NCBI RefSeq assembly: GCF_006345805.1
Contig: NC_043002.1
Coordinates: 1,736,001 to 1,800,000, forward strand
Source: Octopus sinensis
Lineage: Eukaryota
Reading direction: 5' to 3'
Length of the DNA: 64,000 bases
In this document: positions 42,715-56,330 of the stretch, in pieces
Layout of the letters: every line of letters starts with the position of its first letter
Position numbering within the stretch: position 1 is the first letter of the stretch
Notes under the pieces: generated by a model
The model's database searches: none
What the model saw: the letters and a program-made list of their open reading frames with translations, nothing else
What the model was told of the DNA's origin: nothing
Translations under genes and position numbers: made by a program

Positions 42715-43583
42715 CCGGGGGACGTTTAAGATGTAAGAACGATAAAACAGAGCTCTGAAATCTATCCACAAACTTCGAAAACAAGGACATCGTATGGAGC
42801 AAAAGATTTGCTAACAAAGGATTGGACTGTACCCGAGTAAGTAATACTCATTAAAATTTATTACTATTTTCCAAACGAAATGATGTATTTTAACTCGATA
42901 TCATCTCCACGTCTAACACAACACATGTAAACATGCGTGGTACATTACGATCAATCAACACCAGCTCATCCCCGACCCCAAACACCATGTACAAAGGAAC
43001 TACGAAGAAATTAAATACCACCGATATTATTCAACCCAAGAATAACAATCGGGAGGTACGTACCTAAAACTTACAACACAAATGTACGAAAAACTACACG
43101 TGCAAAACAATGTGACAACAGAAATGAACGGACCGGTACTCTACGAAAATGACGACCGTCAAAATAATGGGCCGGACGTTGTTCCGCATGTCCCGCAGAC
43201 AAAACCCAAAAGACATAAATGGACACGTGAGGAATACATTTCTATCCTACACGCATATTTCACAGCAGTACTCTACCCCAAAAATTTAGACACAGCAACA
43301 CATACATATAAAATATGGAAGGAAAATAACATAAATATAGACTTGGATACAGCAATGAACCCTAATAAAATAGCTAACGTACGAAGATACATAACAAAAA
43401 CACCAGGACTTACAAACACATATAACATACAGAAAATTGCACTACTAGGCACTGCACACATCTTACGCAGAACACTTTCCATACAATAACCATCAGACCA
43501 TCACAACAAATCACAGCACATACCTAAGGCACACAGAGCTGCACTCTGTAGTGAAGTGAAAGCATGCTATAAAAATAAAACTA

Positions 43584-43586
<3 letters not shown>
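42711..43586 (+). mobile_element. R4/Dong-like copy F: internally deleted derivative with an in-frame 135-aa fusion ORF (43082-43489)
   Basis: One 5' monomer. Junction at the 6-bp microhomology ATACAT (43387-43392). Normal 3' end; (AAT)n on both sides. Confidence 0.9.
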
Positions 43587-43638
<52 letters not shown>

Positions 43639-43790
43639 TAATAATAATAATAACAATAATAATAATAAGCAGAAGGAGAAGAAGAAAAAGAAGAAAAAAA
43701 GAAGAAGAAGAAGAAGAAGGAGAAGAAGAAGAAGAAGAAGAAGAAGAAGAAGAGAAGAAGAAGAAGAAGAAGAAGAAGAAGAAGAAGAAG
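43587..43790. repeat. (AAT)n followed by (GAA)n microsatellite
   Basis: Direct reading. Confidence 0.95.
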
Positions 43791-44291
43791 ACAGTACAAC
43801 TAAAGCAATGTATAGTAGTCAGTCTGTGTAAAGATATCAACTTAACATTTACGATTGTCAAACAAAACATGTGAGTTACCTCACATAATGTTCGTTATAT
43901 TTAACATGGAAGGTTGTGTGAAGAATTTCTTGCTAACGGTATTTTTATTGATTACGCACTGACAAAACCTTTTCTGGTCTTCGCTTTGAGACAAGCAAAC
44001 AATTAGAAGAATGTTTATCTGATTGCAACAAACATGATAGGACTGCTGTAATATAAATATCGCTCACAGATGTACATCCAAGTCAATCTGACAAAGTAAT
44101 AAGCGCAGCATTTTTGGTCATTCAAGTAATGAAAGATTTCGATTAAACTGGAGAAATCTTCAGAGAATATGAATTTAGTAATGTAATGCAACAAGTTAAT
44201 GGAATTGGATTTATGCTATGAAAATGAGTTATTTCTCCTTTAGTAAACGATATACTCACCCCCCTCTCTCCCTGCCCCTTTCTCGCGCTCC

Positions 44292-44397
<106 letters not shown>

Positions 44398-44646
44398 ATA
44401 TATATATACATATATACATATATATGCACATAGGGTGGTGCAAAAGTAGGTGTACAGTTATGAAAAACGAAAACACGTACAATACTCATTTATTTTTATC
44501 GAAAAATATTCAAAGTTACGACAGAAGTATTATCATAGTTATGATAAATGTATCATAATTAATGACTCAGAAAATATCAAAAATGAGAGTAACTAATTTA
44601 ATTTGCTAATGATTTTAGTGAATCAAGTATTATAACATTGATATGA

Positions 44647-44688
<42 letters not shown>

Positions 44689-45046
44689 CAGAATGAGGAT
44701 ATTTAAACCCTTTATAGGGATATTCTATGCAAGATACACTGGCTTAAAATATATTTTGAAGAGATATTTCTTCAATGAATATATTACATCGTAAAATATC
44801 AACCATTATTATATGTGTGCATACATATACATATACACATAGTAAACACGTCTATACATTCTGAGGATTCCAAACGTGTCTTAATGTAATCCTTGTATTG
44901 TCCTTTGATGATTTTCCGAAGATGGTATTGCAAATGTAAAATTATATATTTATATACGTTTTGTAATTTTTATTTTGTTTGTGAAGTGAAACAACTGTAG
45001 GAGAATACGTTAATTAATTAATTTATTTTTATCCATTAAATTAATT

Positions 45047-45091
<45 letters not shown>

Positions 45092-45899
45092 TAAGGAAGT
45101 CAGAAAAGTCTAGTGTTTTAATTACATTGATTAATATAAAAAAAAGGCGCTTCGAAAGAGATAGGAATGTAGAAGCAGTTAACTACCTCAGTAAGTACAG
45201 AAATATACAAAATTAAAATATGGTGGCGACAAGAACTGGCTAATGCATGTTATACAATAAGAACATTATCAGCAGAGAGACATTCGAAGCGGAACTTGGA
45301 ATATATTAGTTGTTTTCTTTTACGAAAACCATGTTTCATTGATTTTGCTAATTTCCAGCTACTCGGTACTTATTGTGTTTACACGGTGAACCACAAATTA
45401 CAAGCTGATACTTTGGGGACGGAGACTAAAAGGAAATTATGTGTCAGCACAAATGCAATATAGTAACATGTAATAACTGTAGAAATTATATGGAGGCATC
45501 TTTATTTGGCAAATAATCATTCTGTGGAACCGATGCTATTAAATCATTAACCACATGTTCGAGGAAAAATAAACCGCATATCTAACTTCTCTCACGCAAA
45601 CGTGATTATCATATGAAAGAAATGCTAAAAGTTTTAGATTTTTTGCAGTAAAAAGATGAATACACACACACATACATATATACATACATACATACCTAAA
45701 TACATACATACATACATACATACATACATACATACATACATACATACATACATACATACATACATACATACAAACCAGAAAGGAGAAAGCTGATTCGAAG
45801 AGTAAAGATCCGATTCATCACTCGAACTGAAAAAAGTCTGTGAAACTTTCCATAAGTTTATCGTTTAAGCACATTTAACTGTCTATATAAGCAACCATA

Positions 45900-46330
45900 T
45901 TATTATTATTATCATTTATGGTTTCCTTTCATTATAACTTTATTCCAGCTGCCTTAGTACCGGGCATCCTCCGGAGGCCAAGAGTAGCAAGGGCACTTTT
46001 GTTTTGCTATGCGTACTAAAATCATCACCACATTTATTCCAATTTAGATGGTGGGTGTATTCCGTAGTATATGGGGTATACCCATCAAGGTTATCTTTGT
46101 AGTTCACGGAGGTTGGAGTTACCAGGGAGTTGCTTAAAATACTTCTCAGCTCCCTTCTTTATCATTCCCAAAGCACCAATTACTACTGGTATTAAGGAGT
46201 ACTAAGCTTCCACATTTTTGTGATTTCAATTTGCAGATATTTATGTTGAGAAAACTTTTCGCATTCCTTTCTTGAGACATCTGGATCTTGTTGGACAAAC
46301 ATATCTATTAACAGACAAGTTCCTCTGTTA
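45900..46330 (-). mobile_element. Decayed R4/Dong-like 3' fragment, related family
   Basis: CLLIDMFV..EKFSQHKYLQIEITKMWKL..IPVVIGALGMIKKGAEKY; its 3' side runs into a short (ATT)n at about 45900. Confidence 0.7.
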
Positions 46331-46689
46331 TAGTCCTTGATCACAACGTCGTGGTATGTATATAGTATGTCTGTATTTTTGTATGCAGTATAAATTAACG
46401 AAACAAAAGCACATGTATGGTACTGCTAATTTAACAGTAAATGCCACAATAATTATTATAGAGAGATAAGGAATTATATATATATATTGATACTTATATA
46501 GGATAAATTTCTTAATGTAAGGGTAAATATGTAATTGCAAATATCTTGCAACCTTGCATTGCTGCGATAATTATTAACTGGTAATGGAACAGTAAATGTG
46601 TATTTTCATATATACCTTGGACCTTGCCCCCTCATTGTTATTGTTCGAGAGTTACACATCTAGAACTCACATACATGCATTCAGGCAAT

Positions 46690-47300
46690 CTCAGTTGTCA
46701 CATATGTATATGTAGATGTGTGTGTGTGTGTGTGCGTGTGTTTAATAATGTACTAACGCGGAAGCACACACACACACACAGACACATACACACTCATACA
46801 CTCACAGACAGACATACAACTATATACAAAATGTGACGTTGTCGTCATCGTTGTGGTATAAAAATGTTCCTGATACACGTTCACATACATATACTAAGAT
46901 AGCCACACAAGCAGACATACATTAGCGCCTGTCACTCATTGGATATGTATATGTATGTGTGTTTAATAATGTACTTAAGGCAGAAAAACGCACGCACGCA
47001 CATACACACACATATACACACTCATGCACTTACACACATACACTTACAGACAGATAGACAGTCATACAAAATGTGATGCAAGTACATCTATAAAATGTTA
47101 TATTGCTTTAATCGAAATGAAAATAAAATTTCGCATTGACCAGTCCTTAGATACATATAGTGTGTTTAATAGCGTACCTAGCGTGGAAAGACACACACAC
47201 ACACTGTGAGACATATACACACTCATACACTCACACACATACATTCACAGACAGATACGCCATCAGGTACAATATGTGACGTCGTCGTCGTCGTGGTTAT
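46690..47300. repeat. Degenerate minisatellite, 3 units of about 200-220 bp
   Basis: GTGTTTAATA at 46737, 46959 and 47162; each is followed by CA-rich DNA, CAGACAGA and ACAA(A/T)ATGTGA. Confidence 0.7.
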
Positions 47301-47599
47301 TATTAAAACTAAGAGTATAAAAGTGAAACAATATTTCCCATTACAATATAGATGTGATTCTTTCACTTTTATTACAATGTAGATATTATTCTCTTACTTT
47401 TATTCTTTGAGTTTTGACGCATAATACGAAACCAGTGCCAATGGAGCGTTGTTTTAATCCAAAAAACATTATATGTTGACACTCACGGGATCTGATAGTA
47501 ATACCATGTAAAATTTGATTTGATTTGGTTTAATCGTTCTAGAATGCATTCAGAACAGAGAGGTAAAGGATTATACATATACATATAGAGAGAGAGAGA

Positions 47600-47722
47600 T
47601 TAAACAGCGTTTCGTTCGTCACGCTCTGAGTCCAAATTCTACTGAGGTCGATTTTGCCTTTCGTCCTTTCGGGGTTGATAAATTAAATATCAGTTGAGTA
47701 CTGGGGTCTAGAGAAGAAAGGA
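47600..47722 (+). mobile_element. SINE family B partial copy with (ATT)n tail
   Basis: CTGAGTCCAAATTCTACTGAGGTCGATTTTGCCTTTCGTCCTTTCGGGGTTGATAAA..GAAAGGATTATAATTATT. Confidence 0.7.
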
Positions 47723-47727
47723 TTATA

Positions 47728-47799
<72 letters not shown>

Positions 47800-47802
<3 letters not shown>

Positions 47803-49845
47803 TAGTTTTATTTTTATAGCGTGCTTTCACTTCACTACCGAGCGCAGCTCTGTGTGCCTTGGGTATGTGCTGTGATTTGTTGTGATGCTCTGATGGTTAT
47901 TGTATGGAAAGTGTTCTGCGTAGGATGTGTGCAGTGCCTAGTAATGCAATTTTCTGTATGTTATATGTGTTTGTAAGTCCTGGTGTTTTTGTTATGTATT
48001 TGTCTGAATATTCTTTTATCGTGCCTAATGCACCTACTATGATAGGAATTGTTTCTGTTTTCAGATTCCACATTCTAGTTACCTCTATTTGCAGGTCTTT
48101 GTATTTTGAGAGTTTCTCCATTTCTTTTAGAGACACGTTGTCATCAGCCGGTATTGATACATCAATTAGAAAGCATTTTTTTTGTTCATGGTCTCTGACA
48201 ACTATATCTGGTCTGTTGGCCTTAATTTCTCTATCTGTGTGTATCGGCATATCCCAGAGTATGGTTGCTTTCTCGTTTTCTGTGACCTTTTCTGGTGTGT
48301 GCCTATACCATCTTTTTTCTGTTGTTATTCCATAATGTTGGCATAGCTTCCAATGTATGTAGGTTCCAAATCTGTCATGTCTGTGTGAATATATTCCTTC
48401 TTAGCCAGGACTGGGCAGCTAGAGATAATATGATTTATTGTTTCTTGTCCATCTCCACATATTCTGCAGTTACTTGTAATATTTCTTTTCATTACATGTT
48501 TTTGGTAATTTCTGGTGGGGAGGCTTTGGTCTTGTGCTGCAATTAAAAATCCCTCTGTTTCTGCTTTGAGTCCTGAGCTTCTCAACCATTGCTGGGATTT
48601 TTCTTTGTCTATTTCTTTTGCGTTTAGTTTAGTGCAGTATTTACCATGAAGGGGCTTTTCTTGCCATCGTTTTATCATGGCTCGTTGCTGTTCTATTTTT
48701 AGTTTGGATTTCATTTGTTTTATAGCTTTTGTTGTTTCTTCATCATCTTCTTCTTCTTCTTCTTCATGTTTATTAGGTGGTATGATTTCTTGTTTGTATT
48801 TGTCAGCTTCCTTAAATACTGAGAACAGTTTTTTGTTTTGCTCGTGTTTTGCTGCTATCTGGATCAGTTTTCCTTCCTTCTGAAGTAGACGTTTTTGCAG
48901 TCCTATGGTGGTTATTTTATAGTAGTTTTCCAGCTGTATAAGGCCTCTACCACCTTCTATACGTTGTATATATAGTCTTTCTATGTCAGATTTTGGGTGA
49001 TGCATCCTAGATCCTGTCAGTATTTTTCTTGTTTTCCTATCTATTTTGGTCAGTTCATTTAGTGTCCAGTTAAGGATATTGTAGCTGTAACTTATAACTG
49101 GGACAGCTAAAGTGTTGATACCTATTATCTTGTTTTTAGCATTGAGCTCTGTTTTTATTATTGATCTAACTCGTCTATAATATTCTTTTTTTATTTTCTC
49201 TTTCATTTGTGCGTGTTGTGTCTTATGTAGTTCATGGAATCCTAAGTATTTGTAAGTTTGGCTTTGGTCTAATTCTTTTATTTCATTGGTTTTATTTAGT
49301 GTGATGTTGTTACTCTTAACTAGTTTTCCTCTTTTCATGGTTACTTTGGCGCATTTTTCTAATCCAAATTTCATATCTATTTCTTTGGTAAATCCATGAA
49401 CTGTCTTTAATAGTGTTTCCAGCTGTTTGTCATTTGCAGCGTATAGTTTTAGGTCATCCATATATAAAAGGTGGCTGATCGTTTTGCCGTAACATTTATA
49501 TCCGCATCCAGTTCTATTTAGTATATCAGATAGAGGTGACAGTGCCAAGCAGAAAAGGAGTGGAGAGAGCGTGTCTCCCTGGAATATTCCTCTTCTAATG
49601 GGGATGTCTTTGGTTTTCATGAGTCCCTCTTTTGTTTGGAGGTGTAGGACTGTTTGCCATTTATTCATAGAGTGCTCTATGAATTTTATAATTGTTGGTG
49701 CTACTTTGTTAATGGCTAGTGTTTCGAGGATCCATGTGTGGGGGATGCTATCATACGCCTTTTTGTAGTCAAGCCAGGCCATACTGAGGCCTTTCTTCTT
49801 TCTGTGGCTGTCTTCAGTTATGGCTTTATTAATCATTAGTTGATC

Positions 49846-49847
<2 letters not shown>
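47800..49847 (-). mobile_element. R4/Dong-like copy G, 5'-truncated
   Basis: ORFs 48325-49836 and 47897-48250(-) are separated by a 2-bp insertion near 48385. (ATT)n on both sides on the + strand. Confidence 0.95.
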
Positions 49848-49886
<39 letters not shown>

Positions 49887-49889
49887 TTT

Positions 49890-49921
<32 letters not shown>

Positions 49922-49927
49922 GTTATT

Positions 49928-50079
49928 GGTTCAAATATAGACAGACTCCTTAAATAATCTAACCATATAATCAATATATATGTATAGTATCTATAGATTT
50001 AATATAATATAAGAATCTATAACAAAGTTATATTGATTATATGTTTAGATTATTTAAGGGGTTTGTCTATATTTGAACC
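49928..50079. mobile_element. 152-bp MITE-like hairpin element
   Basis: 51-bp terminal inverted repeats (49928-49978 and 50029-50079, 48/51 identical), flanked by ATT on both sides. Confidence 0.75.
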
Positions 50080-53000
50080 ATTTCTTATTTTGATTACAAT
50101 TTACTGAATTGTATTAGCTTTGTGTATTTTATATAATTTAAATATTGTTTTAGTTTTCAATTATGTATATTTAGTATTTTCATATATTTAAGTATATGTA
50201 TTGATTAATTATTTTATTATTCTAGTTTATTTTTGGCTTCGACCCCTGGGCAGTACCATTCAATCTGGCAGTGTCAACAGCACTAAGATAAGTGTTGTTT
50301 GGGAACAAACAAACCCAAGAATCCACAACTTTCAAGCATATTGAACCTTATGTACATCCGTATCGGTGAATAAATTCAATAAGTAAATTACAACCAACTC
50401 TTAAATACGTAACTGAACAGTGAACAATCCGTTACGTTATACACAAATTATAACCCTTACTGTCTTCCGTAGTATAATATAAAAGTGAAAGTTTAATGAC
50501 CACATTCATTCAATCAATCAATTTATAGACAGGATTAAACACTAACTTTAATAAAACTACAACAAAGACACACATAAACCAATGTTCATGTGTATAAACG
50601 GGCAAATTGGTGAGAGATGGATCTGCTCAGTATAGAAAAAATGTTATAATACTGAAATGAATTGAACTTCAACTCCGAATTCTTCATCCAGGACTGTATG
50701 TATGTGTGTGTGTATGTATGTGTGTGTGTATGTATGTGTGTGTGTATGTATGGGTGTACCGGCATCGATATCTCTATACAATTGCACACACACATTCACA
50801 CACACATATATATTTGCTTGTATGTATGTATGTGCGCGTGTAGTACGTGTGTATGTACGTGTGTGTGTGTGTGTGTGGTGTGTGTGTGTGTGTATTACAT
50901 ATTTAAGTACACTGATGTATGTCATTGGCTGTTTCCAAGATTTAATAACTTTAATACTATTATTTATAGACAACACGAAAGTGAAGCATTGTAAGGCAGC
51001 AATACTTCAAGTCGCCAGCTGTGAAGAACTGCTGCCAAACGTCTGACGTCTCTGGTTCTACCTTAAGGTCACAGCAGAATAATACAGGCCACCCGAACTA
51101 CAATCCCTTACATCTATCGCTATACTGCGAAATAAATAAATAATTTTACTCTGTGCTATGTATATACATATGCGCGTGCGCAGGCATGCGACTATATATA
51201 TATATATATGATTAATTTTTACCTACATATTTATATATATATATGTATTGTGTGTGTGTGTACGTTCGTGTGTATTGTGTCTGTAGTTGTGTATGTGAGA
51301 GGGGATCAGTTCTAAAGCAAAGCATTGATGGGATATCGTTCATTGATTAAATATTCTGATGTTGCCAATACAGCTTTGCAGTTTAAAGATGAACAAGCTT
51401 CAGGTTAAAGATCGACTTTCATACAAAATTGAAGTATTTATTCATATACTCCTAAACACAAACACTCACACACACACACATACACAAACACACGCACACA
51501 CATACTCACACACACGCCAAAACAAAAAATACACTGATACACACAAAAACACACGCGCGCAAACAATATAAAAAATACACGCATGCGTATTGCAAGAATG
51601 TAGTTGGAATAGCACTTAATCCCTGAATTTAGCGAAATGATCAAAGACTGTCTTGTTCAGATTCTATAATGAAAAAGAAAGCGCTAAAATACGAAAATAC
51701 GTCGATATAAAATAATAGTTTTAATAATTCTCTGCGTAAAGTCTGACTTTCACTATCATCATATTTTCTTCATTATTATCATTTCAATTCCCACTACTAT
51801 TAAGAATGGAACATTCCCTCGCAAGAAACACACAACACAAGCGCACACGTACACGCAAACACAGACAAACACACAACACACACACACACACACACATACG
51901 TGACCACGGAATTCGTTGATGTCTTACGAAAATTTAAAAGTGATTTGTAATCAAAGAAAATGTACATTGTTCAAATGTGTATTGCTGCAGTGGCCCATGT
52001 CGAAATATATCATAAAATTATTTCGCATTCTGTTCCGTTTTATGCTGCCTACAAAAGGATCTATTTTCTTGTAGTATAAACCCATATTCATCAGCTGTGC
52101 TATGCTTTGGAAGACTTTCTCTAGAAAAATAGAATACTCTTTATTGCTGAGCTTAATAGTTTTTTTCTTCTTTTTTATTCATGCAATATCTCTGGACATT
52201 GCACGAATGATCACCTGCCCAACTTCCAAAAATAGATTCTATACAAAGCGTTACATTCATTTGAAAAAAACGGTTATATTTTTTATAAGGTTTTGGTTCT
52301 TAAAAAACATATGGAGGATTATTTCAATTTCTAAAGTTCAGATATTTTTAACAGTATATTACGGCTTTTGACATAAGAATAGTAAATGACAAACCAAAAA
52401 TTGGATGAGAAAGGTTAACGGCATGACTACTTGTATATATTCTATCGAAATGGAAGGCAAGCATTGAATAGATCCATTATAATAGTATACAACCGCATTG
52501 AACTCGGTAACAGCCTGACTAAGGAGTGGCGCTTTGTGAGACTTTGAAACATTGTGCCATTTAACCTATATATTTGAGATTTGAATATATAATTAGGTAA
52601 TTAGCATATTTCGTTAGACATTAACCAGAGTGAGGTTGTTAACAACTCAGTTTAGTATAGTTTCACAGATGGTGTCTGGTCAGTGGCGTCTTTTTGGTGT
52701 TGTCCAGTAACACTGCTTCAGATCTTTCACTTCTGTTAATTAATTAAACGAACTTAATTATTTTTTGACAACTTACATATACGATGAAAACTTTATTTTC
52801 ATGAACTTACTCATGAAAATAGTGAATAACGTACATTTTGAATCGTGTATAAAGTGGAAACCATATGAAGTCTGTTATCTCTACGCTTTTAGTTAATTTA
52901 TTAACACATATTTAGAAGAGATGGGTTTACATTCACAAATATGGTTTACTGAAATTGCACAGTACTTTTCGTTTTATTTTAGAGAAATCTTTTGTCGAAG

Positions 53001-53695
53001 TAATGGCAGAGATAATTGTTTCGCCAGAAACTTTAAAATGTAACTAGTTTTGTATATGAGATGATGAGATACGCATATATGTGAATATTTGTTATATGAT
53101 ATCTGGTGCGTTTGTCCAAAAGTGATTTTCAACGTGGCTGTAGGTATACGCATATTCAGAGAAAAGGGACAGCAGGTATGCGTCCTCCTTTTGGTCTTCT
53201 GATGCATGACTTTCCATGGAAGCCTTTTGAAAATGTAATGCAAGGTAAAGTATTGTCAGATCATCTCCTTCGTGACAATTACACAAAACTTTAATGGACT
53301 GTAGTTTATGTTTACGATGACGATCGCCTCCACAACCACAACCACCACTGCCAACACCACCAACAACAGCAACAACAACAGCACCATCAACAACACCACC
53401 AACACCAGTAGTATGAGATGTTTTCAGTTATCATCACTCATGTTCAAGAACTAAAATTCGTTTTGTGATGTTAGGAAATCTCTTTTTTGTGGCTGAGCTT
53501 TGAAGACTTATAGAAAATAAATACAGAAAAAGAGGTGTATTACTTTCTGGATATCTTGTTTTAAAAGATGCCAAAGCTTACAATCGTTTGAATTCCACAA
53601 ATTGCGAAAGGAGATATAAATTCTATGATTTGGTTTTGAAATGATTGACAACAAACAGTTTACCTATAATATTCATATATATATATGTATGTATG

Positions 53696-53728
<33 letters not shown>

Positions 53729-53800
53729 ATATATGATTGATTGATTCATTCTAGTTTCAACTCATGAGCTGTGGCCATGCTGGGGCACCGCCATTTATAT

Positions 53801-53903
<103 letters not shown>

Positions 53904-53906
53904 ATA

Positions 53907-54070
53907 GGGAGAGTTTACGAAAAAAAACAAGAAACAAAAGACGAAGACAGGTGGTGTACAAAACAAATAGATGTATTAGTATAACGCTCAGAAATAGAAA
54001 AAGTCTTTTACGTTTCGAGCCTACGCTCTTCTACAGAAAGGGGCACAAAAAAAAAAAACAAGGAGAGAAA
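53907..54070 (-). mobile_element. Short Penelope-like terminal repeat with a hammerhead-like motif (54005-54040)
   Basis: CTTT-CTGTAGA-A-GAGC-GTAG-GCTC-GAAA-CG-TA-AAAG on the minus strand; (TA)n on both sides. Confidence 0.6.
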
Positions 54071-54239
54071 ATATATATATATGTGCGTCTCATCATTTCA
54101 ATTCGTTTGTATTTTAAAGATTATAACAATAGATTTCAACTGAAAAAAAGATTGTCGCTAATTAATTCCACCATTACTATAACTAAAATTTCTTTCAAAG
54201 TAAAATGAAAAGGTGTCTGCAGTTTGATAAAAAAAAAAG

Positions 54240-54930
54240 TTATTTGTGATGATAAACCCATTTTGTGTAATATCAGACAACGACACCCTCATCAATGTCC
54301 TTAAATGCATAAGCAATCACAGCTGGAAAACATATGGAGAGCGAAGTTGGCGCATGTATATCCATTTGATTAATACCGTTGTCCAATGAGAGAGGCCGAC
54401 ACATAATTTGAATTGTAGAAAGCCTTCAAATCAGTGTGCTGTTGGACAAATTATATCAGCAAATTATATCACTTTTCCTGAGTGTATTTCTATTCACTAT
54501 GTCAAAGTCTTTCGTTAAATGGACGAGAACCTGGTAAAATAGAAGTCTCTATTCTATGGACTTATGTTAAATATTCTAACATGAGATCATATCCATGGAG
54601 ACTCTGCCAGACCTAAATCCATTCTCAGATTCTGTAATAATGGTAATGATGGATAATGTACATGTCTACCACAAATTCAATAAATGTCTGGCGAAAATCT
54701 TACCTCCAGTTACACGAAAGAAAGTTCCATGTAAGTTATCATAGTTAGACTTGGTTCTTTTTTCCTTTGTAAAGTGAAATCAATGTTGCATCTTCGAAAT
54801 CTTGTAGTACCGGCAAGCCATTCCAGATATTGACAATTAGAGTCATCACAAGATGAGTCACTACAGCTTAATGACCGTAGAAGGTTATACCATCATTTGC
54901 TTGGGTGTGGGCTCCTAAACGGATCACTTC
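54240..54930 (-). mobile_element. RTE (BovB-like) LINE RT fragment, decayed
   Basis: IWNGLPVLQDFEDATLISLYKGK..GGKIFARHLLN..ESENGFRSGRVSMDMI..HLTKDFDIVNR..AFKDIDEGV. Confidence 0.75.
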
Positions 54931-55344
54931 AATGGCAATTATACTTCTGTTATGCTAGAATTATCATCTATTTGTTGAATAGAATTGTGTAGTAGTTAGT
55001 CTTAAAGAAGAACATTGTCATCCGTCCTCGTTTTTGTATTTGGCTTGTAAAATTCTTGATGTAAACTCGTGTGTTGAAACAAGTCTTACTCTATCTTTCT
55101 ATTCTGGCGTAATGCAGAATAATACATAATTATTATAAATAATACATAATTATTATCATAATGTCATAAAACCAGAAATATTAGAACAGTGTTAAATACA
55201 AACAATAGGCCCCAGAATATATTGTAGAGTGCAATGGAGGAAAGCTATCCGACTCTTGTTTCATGGTAACATTCAGAAAAGTTGGGTGTCTGACTCAATA
55301 TGCGTATATTATAGCATTCGGGGAAGCTACTCTCATCTTCTTAT

Positions 55345-55530
55345 TTGTCTTAGCGGCTCTAATACGGCCATGCTGGGGTATCACCTTGAAAGGTTTTACA
55401 TCGACCAAATTGATTCCGGTACTTATTTAAAAATCTAGTACATATTTTCTTCAGATCCCTTTTGCTGAACGGCTAGGTACGGAGACATCATCAAATCTAT
55501 GCCTGTTGACTATTGAAGAGAGACAAATAC
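55345..55530 (+). mobile_element. Interspersed repeat family C, degenerate
   Basis: CGGCCATGCTGGGGTATCACC..CTTTTGCTGAACGGCTA similar to 31200-31372. Confidence 0.5.
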
Positions 55531-56024
55531 AAAAACATACACACAGACATACACACGCACACACGCACACGCACACACACACACACACACGTGTATATAT
55601 ATAAGCGTACATACATACATGTATGTGTGTTTGTGTGTGTGTGTGAGAGAGAGAGTGCATGTTTATGTTTGCATATCTTTGGGGATGTGTTATATTCTAT
55701 CTCCTTTTTGGTCATGAAATGGTGCCGTCCTTACAATGATGGCTGTGTAATGACGAGGTGACTTGTGATCGTTCATCACAATTCTCTCATTGTAACAACC
55801 TGATTAAATGAGATGAATAACAGCAATGTGTTTATAAATAACTAACATTGTGAAGAATGACTCCATTTGACAACTGAAATCCAGACACCAACTTAATTCA
55901 CCAACAGAAGAACTGTAAGAGGGCTTCGGTTGGCAGGGAACAATAGTTTAGGGGAAGTCACATGACATCAGCCTCCCGACCTTCTTGCGTTTTCTGTCAA
56001 CGATTATTCACAGCTAAATTCTGC

Positions 56025-56330
56025 TAGCACACACACACGCACACACACACACACACACACACACGCACGCACACACACACACGCACGCACACACATACAC
56101 AGACACATATTCATACACATACAAGCATGCACACACATACATACTCGCTCACACACACACATACACACACTCACATACATACACACACGCACACACACAA
56201 TCACACGCACGCACATACACACTCCCTCACACTCACACACACACACATATACACACACTCACACACATACACACTCACACACACATACACCCACGTACAC
56301 ACACACACACACACAGAGGCACACACACTA
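56025..56330. repeat. Degenerate (CA)n tract
   Basis: Direct reading. Confidence 0.9.

Noticed and set aside
44428-44500. Solo Tc1-like TIR (AGGGTGGTGCAAAAGT)
   Set aside because: No partner end or transposase was found.
47904-48335. Recurrent antisense ORFs (MESVLRRMCAVPSS.., MSPWNIPLL..)
   Set aside because: They are shadows of the retrotransposon ORF, repeated only because the element is repeated.
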